A program made the position numbers and the translations under genes. The notes beneath the pieces were generated by a model. It had not been told where the DNA came from. It did not search any database and saw only the letters and a program-made list of their open reading frames with translations. A stretch of 64,000 bases of DNA from Candidatus Poribacteria bacterium (GTDB taxonomy: Bacteria; Poribacteria; WGA-4E; WGA-3G): NCBI GenBank assembly GCA_965198235.1, contig OZ240248.1, positions 4,128,001 through 4,192,000 on the forward strand. The letters run 5' to 3'. How positions within the stretch are numbered: the first letter of the stretch is position 1; each line of letters opens with the position of its first letter. Positions 37,437-46,915 of the stretch are shown one piece after another.

Positions 37437-38285
37437 GTGGGACAAAAAACTCACCCGCGGGGATTACGCTTAGGAATCATTGAGACGTGGGATTCAAAGT
37501 GGTACAGCGAGCGGGATTATGCCAAATGGCTCCATGAAGATTTTAAAATTCAGAAATTCGTCAAAGAGCAACTTGCGCGTGCTGGTATTTCGCGTGTTGA
37601 AGTCGAACGCGTAGCAGACCGTTGCAGTATTAACATCCATACAGCACGTCCAGGTATTGTGATCGGTCGTCGCGGTTCAGAAGCTGAGAAACTACAAGCG
37701 ATGCTCGAAAAAGAGGTCGGCTGCCCTGTACGGATTAATGTTTCGGAGATTAGAGAACCAGAACTGGATGCCCAACTCGTAGCAGAAGATGTCGCAACAC
37801 AAATAGAGCGTCGCGCAGGCTTTAAACAAGCAATGCGGCGGAAAATCTCTGGTTCAATACAAGCAGGGGCATTGGGTGTCAAAATCATGGTGAGTGGTAG
37901 ACTGGACGGCAAGGAAATCGCCCGCGCTGAATCCAGTATTGAGGGACGAGTCCCTCTTCACACCCTCAGAGCGAACGTTGACTACGGATTTACCGAAGCA
38001 AATACCCAATACGGTAAAATCGGGGTCAAGACATGGATCTTCAAAGGCGAAATTATCGGTGTCCCGGATAATTTGAAGGGTGCACCATCCGTCCGTCGTC
38101 AATCCGGACGACGTGAGGACACGGGTTCACAACGTCCTGAACGCAGACGCGGAGACAGACGTTCTGGCTCCCGGCAATCCGGGGAACAGGGTAGCGGAGA
38201 CAGACGTTCTGGCTCCCGGCAATCCGGGGAACAGGGTAGAGGAAGAGGCCGGCGCCGACAGCGTCGAAGTGACAGGGGTTCATAA
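37437..38285 (+). CDS. rpsC: 30S protein S3 with an extended basic C-tail
   Basis: MGQKTHP, RPGIVIG, GRVPLHTLRA. Confidence 0.98.
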   Translation: MGQKTHPRGLRLGIIETWDSKWYSERDYAKWLHEDFKIQKFVKEQLARAGISRVEVERVADRCSINIHTARPGIVIGRRGSEAEKLQAMLEKEVGCPVRINVSEIREPELDAQLVAEDVATQIERRAGFKQAMRRKISGSIQAGALGVKIMVSGRLDGKEIARAESSIEGRVPLHTLRANVDYGFTEANTQYGKIGVKTWIFKGEIIGVPDNLKGAPSVRRQSGRREDTGSQRPERRRGDRRSGSRQSGEQGSGDRRSGSRQSGEQGRGRGRRRQRRSDRGS

Positions 38286-38318
38286 CCGCACATATAGATT
38301 CTTAAGGAGGCATTTAAG

Positions 38319-38732
38319 GTGTTAATGCCGAAACGCGTGATGCGCCGCTACGTGCATCGTGGAAAACGCCGTGGAAAGCCACTTCGAGGTTCGCAGATTA
38401 ACTTCGGCGAATACGGCTTGCAAGCAATGGAAGCTGGCTGGATTACCAGCAATCAGATTGAATCGGCACGTGTCGCTATCACGCGATATGTACGCCGTGG
38501 TGGAAAAATTTGGATCAAAATTTTTCCACACAAGCCACTCAGTAAACAGCCTGCTGAAACGCGCATGGGTAAGGGCAAGAAGGGTCCCCCTGAACATTGG
38601 GTCGCCGTTGTTAAACCCGGCAGAATTCTCTATGAATTAAGCGGCGTTTCGCTTGAAGATGCAAAAGGGGCGATGAAACGAGCCGCCCACAAATTGCCAA
38701 TCAAAACTAAGTTCGTTGCACGGAATGAGTAA
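38319..38732 (+). CDS. rplP: 50S protein L16
   Basis: [22 protein letters not shown]. Confidence 0.98.
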   Translation: MLMPKRVMRRYVHRGKRRGKPLRGSQINFGEYGLQAMEAGWITSNQIESARVAITRYVRRGGKIWIKIFPHKPLSKQPAETRMGKGKKGPPEHWVAVVKPGRILYELSGVSLEDAKGAMKRAAHKLPIKTKFVARNE

Positions 38733-38819
38733 TTTCGTCTGCGGCTCCGATGTTGGAAAAATTACGAGCCTGCTGACGCAGCCTCTCGGTTTTGACAACA
38801 CGCATGGAGGTTCGGAAAA

Positions 38820-39008
38820 ATGAAAGCGGATGAACTACGAGGAAAAACGGCTGAAGAATTGGAAGGTGAACTGAAAGTTCTCAAAGAGAATCTGTTTAAC
38901 CAGAAATTCCGAAGTGTTTTAGGACAACAAGAGGATACAACAAATATCGGTAAGATTCGGAAGGACATCGCACGCGTGAAAACTGTCCTACGACTCCGTT
39001 CAGAGTAA
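38820..39008 (+). CDS. rpmC: 50S protein L29
   Basis: MKADELR, RKDIARVKT. Confidence 0.96.
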   Translation: MKADELRGKTAEELEGELKVLKENLFNQKFRSVLGQQEDTTNIGKIRKDIARVKTVLRLRSE

Positions 39009-39121
39009 ATGGAACTCACAAGGCAAGGTTGCGTGCCACAGCCCGATTCCGTCTCACCAAATTTGTAGTGTGTGCTCAAAAAACGTACTTTAATAAGTTT
39101 TGACTGGTTTGGAGGATAAAG

Positions 39122-39397
39122 TTGAGCGAGGAAAGACGAAGACATCACAAATTCCGGACAGGTTTTGTTACCAGTAACAGTATGGATAAAACTGTCACAG
39201 TGTCGCTTGTTCGACGCTTTCAACATCCCCTTTACAAAAAGGTAGTCCGGAAAACGAAAAAGATTCTGGCTCACGATGAACAGAACAGTTGTAACGTCGG
39301 TGACGTGGTGCAGGTTGTCGAAACCCGCCCGCTGAGTCGTCATAAACGGTGGCGGGTCCAAGCGATAGTAAACGCAGTACAGACCGCAAACGATTAA
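39122..39397 (+). CDS. rpsQ: 30S protein S17
   Basis: MDKTVTV, HPLYKK, ETRPLSRHKRW. Confidence 0.97.
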   Translation: MSEERRRHHKFRTGFVTSNSMDKTVTVSLVRRFQHPLYKKVVRKTKKILAHDEQNSCNVGDVVQVVETRPLSRHKRWRVQAIVNAVQTAND

Positions 39398-39551
39398 AAA
39401 GTGTCACCAACAGCGCGCGTGGTTTTAACCCCTGTATAGGGTGAGAGACGCAGCAACGTGGCTCGTGCGGCACTTGAGAAGAAAGGGTTTCATCTCCACT
39501 CTGACGTTTCCAAAACAAGCCGTTTTGAAGACGGTAGAGGAGGATACAAAA

Positions 39552-39920
39552 ATGGTTCAATCATATACTCGATTAACCTGTGCTGATAATACTGGCGCAA
39601 GGAAGTTAATGTGCATTAGTGTGCTTGGAGGAACCCGTCGGCGCTACGCACGCGTAGGCGACGTGATTGTAGCAAGTATCAAGGAAGCGGCACCCAACAC
39701 GCAGGTAAAAGCCGGTGAAGTCGTTCGGGCAGTTGTCGTCCGCACTACTAAAGAATATCGACGCCCAGACGGTTCCTATATTAAATTCGACCAAAACGCT
39801 GCAGTTCTCATTGATCCGCAGAATCAACCGCGCGGCACTCGAATCTTTGGACCCGTTGCACGTGAACTTAGAGAAAAGGCGTTCACCCGAATTGTCTCGC
39901 TCGCACCCGAGGTTATTTAG
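39552..39920 (+). CDS. rplN: 50S protein L14
   Basis: [18 protein letters not shown]. Confidence 0.98.
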   Translation: MVQSYTRLTCADNTGARKLMCISVLGGTRRRYARVGDVIVASIKEAAPNTQVKAGEVVRAVVVRTTKEYRRPDGSYIKFDQNAAVLIDPQNQPRGTRIFGPVARELREKAFTRIVSLAPEVI

Positions 39921-39930
39921 GAGGACAATT

Positions 39931-40164
39931 GTGGCACAGCGAAAACTACATATCAAAAGGAACGATACAGTCGTAGTCCTCAGTGGGCAAGATCGGGGGA
40001 AACAAGGAGTCGTTTTAGAGGTGTTCCCAAAGAAACAGCGAGCAATCGTTGAAGGTGTTCATATAGTCGTCTGTCACCTCCGGCCAAACCAAGCAGGACA
40101 AGGCGGTATCGTTGAACGTGAAGGCACCATCCACGTTTCTAACCTCAAAAAGATTGATGGCTAA
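39931..40164 (+). CDS. rplX: 50S protein L24 (short, 77 aa)
   Basis: GTG after AGGAGG; DTVVVLSGQDRGKQG, IHVSN. Confidence 0.95.
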   Translation: MAQRKLHIKRNDTVVVLSGQDRGKQGVVLEVFPKKQRAIVEGVHIVVCHLRPNQAGQGGIVEREGTIHVSNLKKIDG

Positions 40165-40252
40165 CCGGAACAGAGTGCCCCAGATACTGCTGAAGAAGCA
40201 CATTGCAAAGCATCTTTCACGGAATATGCAATCTCTATAGGATACAAGGCTT

Positions 40253-40816
40253 ATGAGCCCATTCAAAGAATTTTACCAAACGGAAGTCGTGCCCGCATTG
40301 CAACAGCATTTTAATTATCAAAATGTGATGCAGATTCCGAAAGTGGACAAGATTACACTGAATATCGGTGTTGGTATAGCAGTTCAGAATCCAAGCGCAT
40401 TGGAAGATGCCGTAGAAGAACTGACACTTATTGCGGGCCAACGCGCCGTGATCACCCGTGCGAAAAAGTCCATCTCCGCATTCAAAATCAGAGGTCCATC
40501 AAAGTTGGGACGTACGCCCGGCATGGCGATCGGATGTAAGGTTACACTGCGGCAGGAAAGGATGCATGAATTTCTCAATCGCTTAATCAACGTCGTCCTG
40601 CCCCAAATTCGGGACTTCCGCGGTATATCACCCGACGCTTTTGACGGTCGCGGCAACTATTCCCTTGGTCTCACGGAACAGTTAATCTTTCCCGAAATTG
40701 ATTACGACAAGGTTAACGATATTCGCGGACTGAATGTAACCATTGTTACCAGCGCCCCAACTGACGAAGAAGGCCACGAGTTGCTAAAACTCTTAGGGAT
40801 GCCCTTCCGGAGATAG
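40253..40816 (+). CDS. rplE: 50S protein L5 with an 8-aa loop insertion
   Basis: [29 protein letters not shown]. Confidence 0.98.
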   Translation: MSPFKEFYQTEVVPALQQHFNYQNVMQIPKVDKITLNIGVGIAVQNPSALEDAVEELTLIAGQRAVITRAKKSISAFKIRGPSKLGRTPGMAIGCKVTLRQERMHEFLNRLINVVLPQIRDFRGISPDAFDGRGNYSLGLTEQLIFPEIDYDKVNDIRGLNVTIVTSAPTDEEGHELLKLLGMPFRR

Positions 40817-40927
40817 ATGAGGTCTTTCGCTAAACTGCAGTAAAAAGATCTTACAGGCACCCTTTACCAGCAGCTAACCTCCAACACCCGTAGGTGTTAC
40901 GGGTAAACAAGAAAAGGAGTATCCAGG

Positions 40928-41113
40928 TTGGCAAGTAAATCATGGATTGCCAAACAGAAAAGAACCCCGCGGTTCCAAACCCGAGAATACAGTCGTTGTA
41001 AAACTTGTGGGAGGTCGCGTGGGTATCTTCGTAAGTTTGAGTTGTGTCGTATCTGTTTCCGTCTCTTTGCCCGCGCCGGTAAAATCCCCGGTGTCCGAAA
41101 GGCAAGTTGGTAG
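40928..41113 (+). CDS. rpsN: 30S protein S14, zinc-binding type Z
   Basis: RCKTCGR...[15 protein letters not shown]. Confidence 0.97.
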   Translation: MASKSWIAKQKRTPRFQTREYSRCKTCGRSRGYLRKFELCRICFRLFARAGKIPGVRKASW

Positions 41114-41199
41114 AGGACTAGATGAGTTGTCCCTCTCTACACAAACATGACAGGCATAACAGCTATTCAAAAACGAGAAAAATATAAGGAGAATCTTTC

Positions 41200-41601
41200 A
41201 TGTCGATGACCGATCCGATTGCTGATATGCTAACACGTATCCGCAATGCCAACATGGCAGGACATGAACGCGTCGAAATCCCCTCTTCAAAAGTCAAAGC
41301 TGAGATCGCACGCGTCCTGGCAGAAGAAGGTTTCGTCAGAAATTATCGTTTAATCGAAGATGGGAAACAGGGGATTTTAAGAATCTATTTGAAATACGGA
41401 AATACGAAAAAAGAGAAGGTCATCACAAACCTAAGACGTATCAGCAAACCCGGCAGGAGGGTTTACGCCAAATCCGATAAATTGCCACGGGTTTACGGAG
41501 GACTCGGAGTCGCTATTTTGTCAACATCCAGTGGACTCAAAACGACCCCACAATGCCGTCAGGAAAAAATCGGCGGTGAAGTTCTCTGCTACGTCTGGTA
41601 A
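41200..41601 (+). CDS. rpsH: 30S protein S8
   Basis: [23 protein letters not shown]. Confidence 0.98.
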   Translation: MSMTDPIADMLTRIRNANMAGHERVEIPSSKVKAEIARVLAEEGFVRNYRLIEDGKQGILRIYLKYGNTKKEKVITNLRRISKPGRRVYAKSDKLPRVYGGLGVAILSTSSGLKTTPQCRQEKIGGEVLCYVW

Positions 41602-41640
41602 CATCTTGCTGATGACGCTCAACGAGTAGGGAGAAACAGA

Positions 41641-42216
41641 ATGTCACGTATTGGACTAAAACCGATTCCAGTGCCCGACAAGGTGCAAGTCGCTTTAAAC
41701 AACAGCGACGTGCAGGTAGATGGACCCAAAGGGAGTCTCAATTGGAAACTCCCAGAAGGAATCAATGTGACGCTTGAGGAAAACGTCCTAATCGTCCAAA
41801 GAACGAGTGAACTAAAACAGTACAAAGCCCTGCACGGACTGGCGCGCAGCCTCATCGCCAATATGGTTACCGGTGTTTCAGAAGGCTTTGAGAAAAAACT
41901 ACGAGTCGTCGGGATGGGTTATCGTGCTGAGGTCAATCGTGAGAACAATTTGGTTCTCGATGTTGGCTATTCGCATTCCGTCACCTACGCTACACCTGAC
42001 GGCATAACACTGAGCATTGAACCCACTGAAACAGTAGATGGGCAGACACAGACACTTGTCATCGTCAGTGGCATCGACAAACAACTGGTCGGACAAGTGG
42101 CAGCTTCTATTCGTCAAATTAAGAAACCGGAGATTTATAAACCTTGTAAAGGTATCCGTTACGATGGCGAGCGCGTCCGAGATAAAGAAGGGAAAGCTGC
42201 TGCTGCTGCTGGTTAA
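41641..42216 (+). CDS. rplF: 50S protein L6
   Basis: MSRIG, GYSH, GIDKQLVGQ, KGIRY. Confidence 0.98.
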   Translation: MSRIGLKPIPVPDKVQVALNNSDVQVDGPKGSLNWKLPEGINVTLEENVLIVQRTSELKQYKALHGLARSLIANMVTGVSEGFEKKLRVVGMGYRAEVNRENNLVLDVGYSHSVTYATPDGITLSIEPTETVDGQTQTLVIVSGIDKQLVGQVAASIRQIKKPEIYKPCKGIRYDGERVRDKEGKAAAAAG

Positions 42217-42406
42217 CGTTGTTAGACTTTGCGCGCTGGCAAATAGTTTTTTAATGTATTGGCTTCTGGGCGTTGTTCCACTTCGTTTCACAACGATCCC
42301 CTTTCAACATTGAGAGGGCGTTCAACTTTACCGAAACCCACTGCGGAATGAAATTAGGTTTCCTTAAATAGCACAATTTTGCTTCGCAGTGAGAATGCTT
42401 TACATT

Positions 42407-42507
42407 TGGAGCAGTTTAACCATCAACTCGACTCCGTTATAAATGTTAAAGCACGAGTGTTTTTGCTTGGGTGTTTCTTCGATGGTTAACAGATTCCCAT
42501 AGTTAGA
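42407..42507 (-). repeat. dispersed ~100-bp palindromic element, copy 2 (inverted)
   Basis: 98/101 identical to 33545-33645. Confidence 0.9.
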
Positions 42508-42526
42508 AAAGTGATAAGGAGATCCC

Positions 42527-42895
42527 TTGGTAATTACAAAAAAGAAACGGATGAGCCATTTACGGCGCCGCAAGCGAGTCCGCCAAAAAATTAGCGGCAC
42601 CGGGGACAGACCAAGACTCTCTGTTTTTCGAAGCACAAAACATATCTATGCGCAGCTCATTAATGATGAACTTGGCGTAACGGTTGCCGAAGCCTCTACT
42701 TTATCTCCCGAACTGAGAGAGAACCTCTCAAACGGTGGAAACGTTAAGGCAGCGGAGAGCGTTGGCGCGCTTATCGCGCAAAAAGCCAAGCAGCAGGAAA
42801 TTGAGGTAGTTGTCTTTGACCGGGGCGGGCATCTCTACCACGGGCGCATAAAAGCCCTTGCTGAAACTGCGAGGGTGGAAGGATTAAAGTTCTAA
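42527..42895 (+). CDS. rplR: 50S protein L18
   Basis: [20 protein letters not shown]. Confidence 0.98.
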   Translation: MVITKKKRMSHLRRRKRVRQKISGTGDRPRLSVFRSTKHIYAQLINDELGVTVAEASTLSPELRENLSNGGNVKAAESVGALIAQKAKQQEIEVVVFDRGGHLYHGRIKALAETARVEGLKF

Positions 42896-43049
42896 TCTTT
42901 TTAACTATTAAGTTTCTGCTCTGCCCTCCATTACATTTCGGGCAGGTTTTCAGTGTATCCTGTAGTCCTTTTTAAAGATGAACAGGAATTTCACCAGAAA
43001 CCCTCGCGAAACGAAGTGGAGCGAGGCCCAGGAGGCCATAGCCTAAAAC

Positions 43050-43562
43050 ATGCTGAAAGATAAAATCAACCCTGATGAATATGAATTTGAGGAACGCATG
43101 ATTACCATCAATCGCGTGATGCGAGTTGGTAAGGGGCGACGAACCCCCAGTTTTAACTCACTCACCGTTGTTGGAAATCGTGATGGTATTGTTGGTATCG
43201 GATTTGGTAGCGCAAGCGAAGTCGCTGGCGCGCTCCGAAAAAGTTTCGCAGATGCTCGAAAAAATCTTATTCGGGTTCCAATCACCAACGGTACGCTCCC
43301 ACATGAAATCATCAGCGAATTCAAATCTGCCAAAGTCTTGCTAAAACCGGCAAGCCCCGGGACAGGTATTATCGCAGGACATGCGACGCGTGCTATCCTT
43401 GAATTCGCAGGCGTTCGAGATGCCCTAACAAAATGCCTTTCCTCTCGAAATGTGAAAAATATCGCTGAAGCTACCATGCTTGGATTGAAGAACCTCAAAG
43501 ATATTAATGAAGTCGCTCGGTTACGAGACATACCTGTCGAAGAACTGCTCAAGAGACGCTAA
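43050..43562 (+). CDS. rpsE: 30S protein S5 (divergent)
   Basis: INRV, TVVGN, GTLPH, LKPASPGTGIIAG; spc operon position. Confidence 0.96.
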   Translation: MLKDKINPDEYEFEERMITINRVMRVGKGRRTPSFNSLTVVGNRDGIVGIGFGSASEVAGALRKSFADARKNLIRVPITNGTLPHEIISEFKSAKVLLKPASPGTGIIAGHATRAILEFAGVRDALTKCLSSRNVKNIAEATMLGLKNLKDINEVARLRDIPVEELLKRR

Positions 43563-43770
43563 TACAACTTTTCAAATTTTTTAATTATTAAGCACCTGGG
43601 CATCGTTCCAAATGTAAAGCAAAGACAAATTATGCCATTTAAGGCATAATTTCGTTTCACGAGGGTGTCTGGTGAATTTCAACGGAGTCTGAACCCCGTA
43701 GGGGTGAAATATCTGTAGAGGAACGGTGCCCAAGATTCAATTATTTAAAAAAGGAATGGAGTAAATCCTG

Positions 43771-44247
43771 ATGAAACTGAACGAACTTAAACCCGCACCG
43801 GGCGCAAATCGCTCAAGAAAGCGGGTAGGCAGAGGCGACGCTTCAGGTTGGGGCGGCACTTGTGGACGTGGCCACAAGGGTCAAAAATCCCGATCTGGTG
43901 CTTCAATCCCCGCATGGTTTGAAGGTGGACAGATGCCGCTGGTTCGACGGCTCCCCAAGCGAGGACCGCGGCGAACCGGACACAAACGACTTGAGTACGA
44001 CATCATCAACGTAGAAACCCTCAACATTTTTGAAGATGCCGCGGTTGTCAGCCCTGAAGCCCTTCGCGAAGCCGGAATAATCAAGCGGAAAAACGCCCTG
44101 ATAAAGATACTCGGCGACGGTGAACTCGAAAAACAGTTGAAAGTCCAAGCACATCGCTTCTCAAAATCTGCAATCCAGAAAATTGAATCCAAAGGCGGCA
44201 CAACCGAGGTACTCGGGATGCATGCGAACACTAACGACCCTGCTTAA
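43771..44247 (+). CDS. rplO: 50S protein L15
   Basis: KRVGRG, GRGHKGQKSR, FEGGQMPL. Confidence 0.98.
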   Translation: MKLNELKPAPGANRSRKRVGRGDASGWGGTCGRGHKGQKSRSGASIPAWFEGGQMPLVRRLPKRGPRRTGHKRLEYDIINVETLNIFEDAAVVSPEALREAGIIKRKNALIKILGDGELEKQLKVQAHRFSKSAIQKIESKGGTTEVLGMHANTNDPA

Positions 44248-44276
44248 GCATCCGCAGGCGAGGAGGAAAAAAATAA

Positions 44277-45608
44277 GTGATTAAGGCAGTTCAAAACGCT
44301 TTTAAAATACCCGAATTGCGGAAACGCATCATTTTTACAGCGTTGCTCTTGATTGTTTACCGCCTCGGTGCCCACATCACACTTCCGGGTATTGACGACC
44401 AAGCACTCGAAGCTTTTTTTCAGCAACTCATGGAGCGTGGTGGGAATGTCATTGGATTCATTGACCTGTTTTCTGGTGGCGCATTTAGTCAGATGACTAT
44501 TTTCGCACTCGGCATACAACCGTATATCAGTGCCTCAATCATTATGCAGCTCCTCGCCGTCATTGTGCCTTCATTGGAGAAACTCTCCAAAGAACCTGAC
44601 GGTCGGAAGAAAATTACACAGTATACCCGATACGGAACGGTTGTACTCAGTATCATTCAGGGTATAACGATTAGCATCGTCCTGCGGAACCCGGAAAACA
44701 TAACCGGACAAGCAGACGAAATCGTGAGAAACCCTGACCTCTGGTGGCATTTCCTTGTAGTGATAACACTCACTGCCGGAACCTCCTTTGTTATGTGGTT
44801 GGGTGAACAGATCACAGAGCGCGGTATTGGACAAGGTATTTCATTAATTATTACAGTCGGCATTATTGCTGGATTGCCTGGCGGTGTCACAACCGTTTTC
44901 AACAACCTCGTGACAAGACCGGAGTTCGGAATCCTACAACTCGCACTTTTAGTCGCGCTTGTCGTTGTAGCCGTTATGGGGACTGTGTTTATCACACTTT
45001 CTGTTCGGAGGATTCCGGTGCAATACGGCAGGCAGATTCGCGGACGAAGAGTGATTGGCGGGCAATCAACACATCTGCCGCTCCGCGTTAACGCAGCCGG
45101 CATGATTCCAATCATCTTCGCTGTGACACTGATCCAGTTCCCACCGACTGTCCTCGGTTTTCTACCACGGGACTGGGGATGGGTAACTGGTGTAGAAACA
45201 CTCATTGCTCCGGGGACACCGTTGTACCTCACCGTTTACGCGTTATTAATTATTGGTTTCACCTATTTCTACACAGCTGTGCAAATCAATCCAATACAAA
45301 TGGCAGAGGACTTACAGAAATACGGCGGTTTTATTCCCGGTATACGAGCAGGTAAACAGACCGCGGATTACATCAACACTACGCTTACACGCATCACACT
45401 CCCAGGCGCAGTTTTTCTCGCTGCTATTGCTGTGATTCCGATCATTATCACAAGCCAGCTTCAAGTTGGAAACATGGTGGAAGGTGCTTCTATTTTGATC
45501 GTTGTAGGTGTCGTGTTAGATACAGTGTCACAAATCGAATCCTATCTAACGGTCCGCCATTACGAAGGATTCTTAAAAGATCGAAAACTCAGAGGCAGAC
45601 GGCGTTAA
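44277..45608 (+). CDS. secY: preprotein translocase SecY
   Basis: [32 protein letters not shown]. Confidence 0.98.
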   Translation: MIKAVQNAFKIPELRKRIIFTALLLIVYRLGAHITLPGIDDQALEAFFQQLMERGGNVIGFIDLFSGGAFSQMTIFALGIQPYISASIIMQLLAVIVPSLEKLSKEPDGRKKITQYTRYGTVVLSIIQGITISIVLRNPENITGQADEIVRNPDLWWHFLVVITLTAGTSFVMWLGEQITERGIGQGISLIITVGIIAGLPGGVTTVFNNLVTRPEFGILQLALLVALVVVAVMGTVFITLSVRRIPVQYGRQIRGRRVIGGQSTHLPLRVNAAGMIPIIFAVTLIQFPPTVLGFLPRDWGWVTGVETLIAPGTPLYLTVYALLIIGFTYFYTAVQINPIQMAEDLQKYGGFIPGIRAGKQTADYINTTLTRITLPGAVFLAAIAVIPIIITSQLQVGNMVEGASILIVVGVVLDTVSQIESYLTVRHYEGFLKDRKLRGRRR

Positions 45609-45633
45609 ACGCTTTCACCTGAAAGAGGATACT

Positions 45634-45750
45634 ATGAAAGTCAGACCTTCTGTTAAAAAGATGTGTAACCAGTGTAAAATTATTAAACGAAAAGGGATAG
45701 TCCGCGTCATTTGTTCTTCAAACCCGAAGCACAAACAACGCCAAGGCTAA
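45634..45750 (+). CDS. rpmJ: 50S protein L36 (Zn-binding type)
   Basis: Manual translation [38 protein letters not shown]. Confidence 0.98.
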   Translation: MKVRPSVKKMCNQCKIIKRKGIVRVICSSNPKHKQRQG

Positions 45751-45761
45751 TCCACTTTTTA

Positions 45762-45838
45762 AACTATAGGAATCTGTTAACCATCAACTCGTGCTTTAAC
45801 ATCTATAATGGAGTCGAGTTGATGGTTAAACTGCTCCA
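45762..45838 (+). repeat. dispersed palindromic element, copy 3 (lacks the ~21-nt insert)
   Basis: Matches 33545-33645 apart from the GAAGAAACACCCAAGCAAAAAC segment and a few substitutions. Confidence 0.88.
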
Positions 45839-45963
45839 CTACGTTTCGCAGGGGTTCTCGGTGAATTCCAACCCACTTCAGGTGCTCAAAGGTTTCTGAG
45901 TTCACCAGAAGCCATTGTGGAACGATGTCCAGGATCCTATAGTAAAAAAAAAGGAGGAAACCC

Positions 45964-46356
45964 ATGGCAAGGATCGCAGGGGTTGATTTACCCCGAAACA
46001 AACGGGTGGATATTGCCTTGACGGCAATTTATGGCGTTGGGCGTTACACCGCAGCGCAAATTGTCACCGATCTGGATCTCGATCCCGAGAAAAAAGTTGA
46101 CAGCCTCGCCGAAAACGAGATCGGTCAACTCCGAGACAAAGTTCAAGAGTATAAAATTGAAGGTGATTTGCGCCGTGAAGTCGATCAGAATATTAAACGG
46201 CTGATGGACATCAACAGTTATCGTGGTCTGCGACATCGTCGGCAGTTACCCGTCCGCGGGCAGCGCACGAATACTAACGCACGCACCCGTAAAGGGAAGG
46301 CACGAACCATCTCTGTCGGTAGAAAAGCCAAAGAGGCAGCACGCAAGAGCGGCTAA
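45964..46356 (+). CDS. rpsM: 30S protein S13
   Basis: [21 protein letters not shown]. Confidence 0.98.
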   Translation: MARIAGVDLPRNKRVDIALTAIYGVGRYTAAQIVTDLDLDPEKKVDSLAENEIGQLRDKVQEYKIEGDLRREVDQNIKRLMDINSYRGLRHRRQLPVRGQRTNTNARTRKGKARTISVGRKAKEAARKSG

Positions 46357-46467
46357 TGAGAAATGGTTTTGATCATCAACTCGTGCCTAAAATAGAATGT
46401 TAAAGCACGAGTTGATGGTTAAAACCGATAGCCGACTGCCGAAGACTCATAAGAAAGGAGAACCGTT

Positions 46468-46839
46468 TTGCGTGGAAGAAGACGAGAACGCAAGAACGTT
46501 CCCGAAGGTATCGCACATATACAAGCTACCTTCAACAACACAATCATTACAATCACAGACTTAAACGGGAACACTGTTGCTTGGGCGAACGCAGGGATGA
46601 CTTTCACAGGTTCACGAAAGTCAACGCCTTTTGCCGCACAACAGACAGCGGAAGCATGCGCCCGCAGAGCAATGGATCACGGCATGAAACGCGTGGAGGT
46701 TAGAGTCAAAGGACCCGGATCCGGGAGAGAGTCTTCTATACGAGCACTCGCTGCAGCCGGACTCGACATTACCTTAATGAAGGACGTGACTCCTATCCCA
46801 CACAATGGATGTCGTCCCCCTAAGAGACGACGGGTTTAA
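46468..46839 (+). CDS. rpsK: 30S protein S11
   Basis: [30 protein letters not shown]. Confidence 0.98.
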   Translation: MRGRRRERKNVPEGIAHIQATFNNTIITITDLNGNTVAWANAGMTFTGSRKSTPFAAQQTAEACARRAMDHGMKRVEVRVKGPGSGRESSIRALAAAGLDITLMKDVTPIPHNGCRPPKRRRV

Positions 46840-46915
46840 GTTGAGCCGCAACTCGACTCCGATACAAGACTTAAACGCACGAGTTGCGGGTCAAATTCAC
46901 ATACAAGGAGAGGGA

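Noticed and set aside
40157-40240. 27-aa ORF MANRNRVPQILLKKHIAKHLSRNMQSL as a split L24 C-terminus
   Set aside because: No similarity to the L24 C-terminal consensus, no clear SD, and ~77-aa L24 proteins are known.
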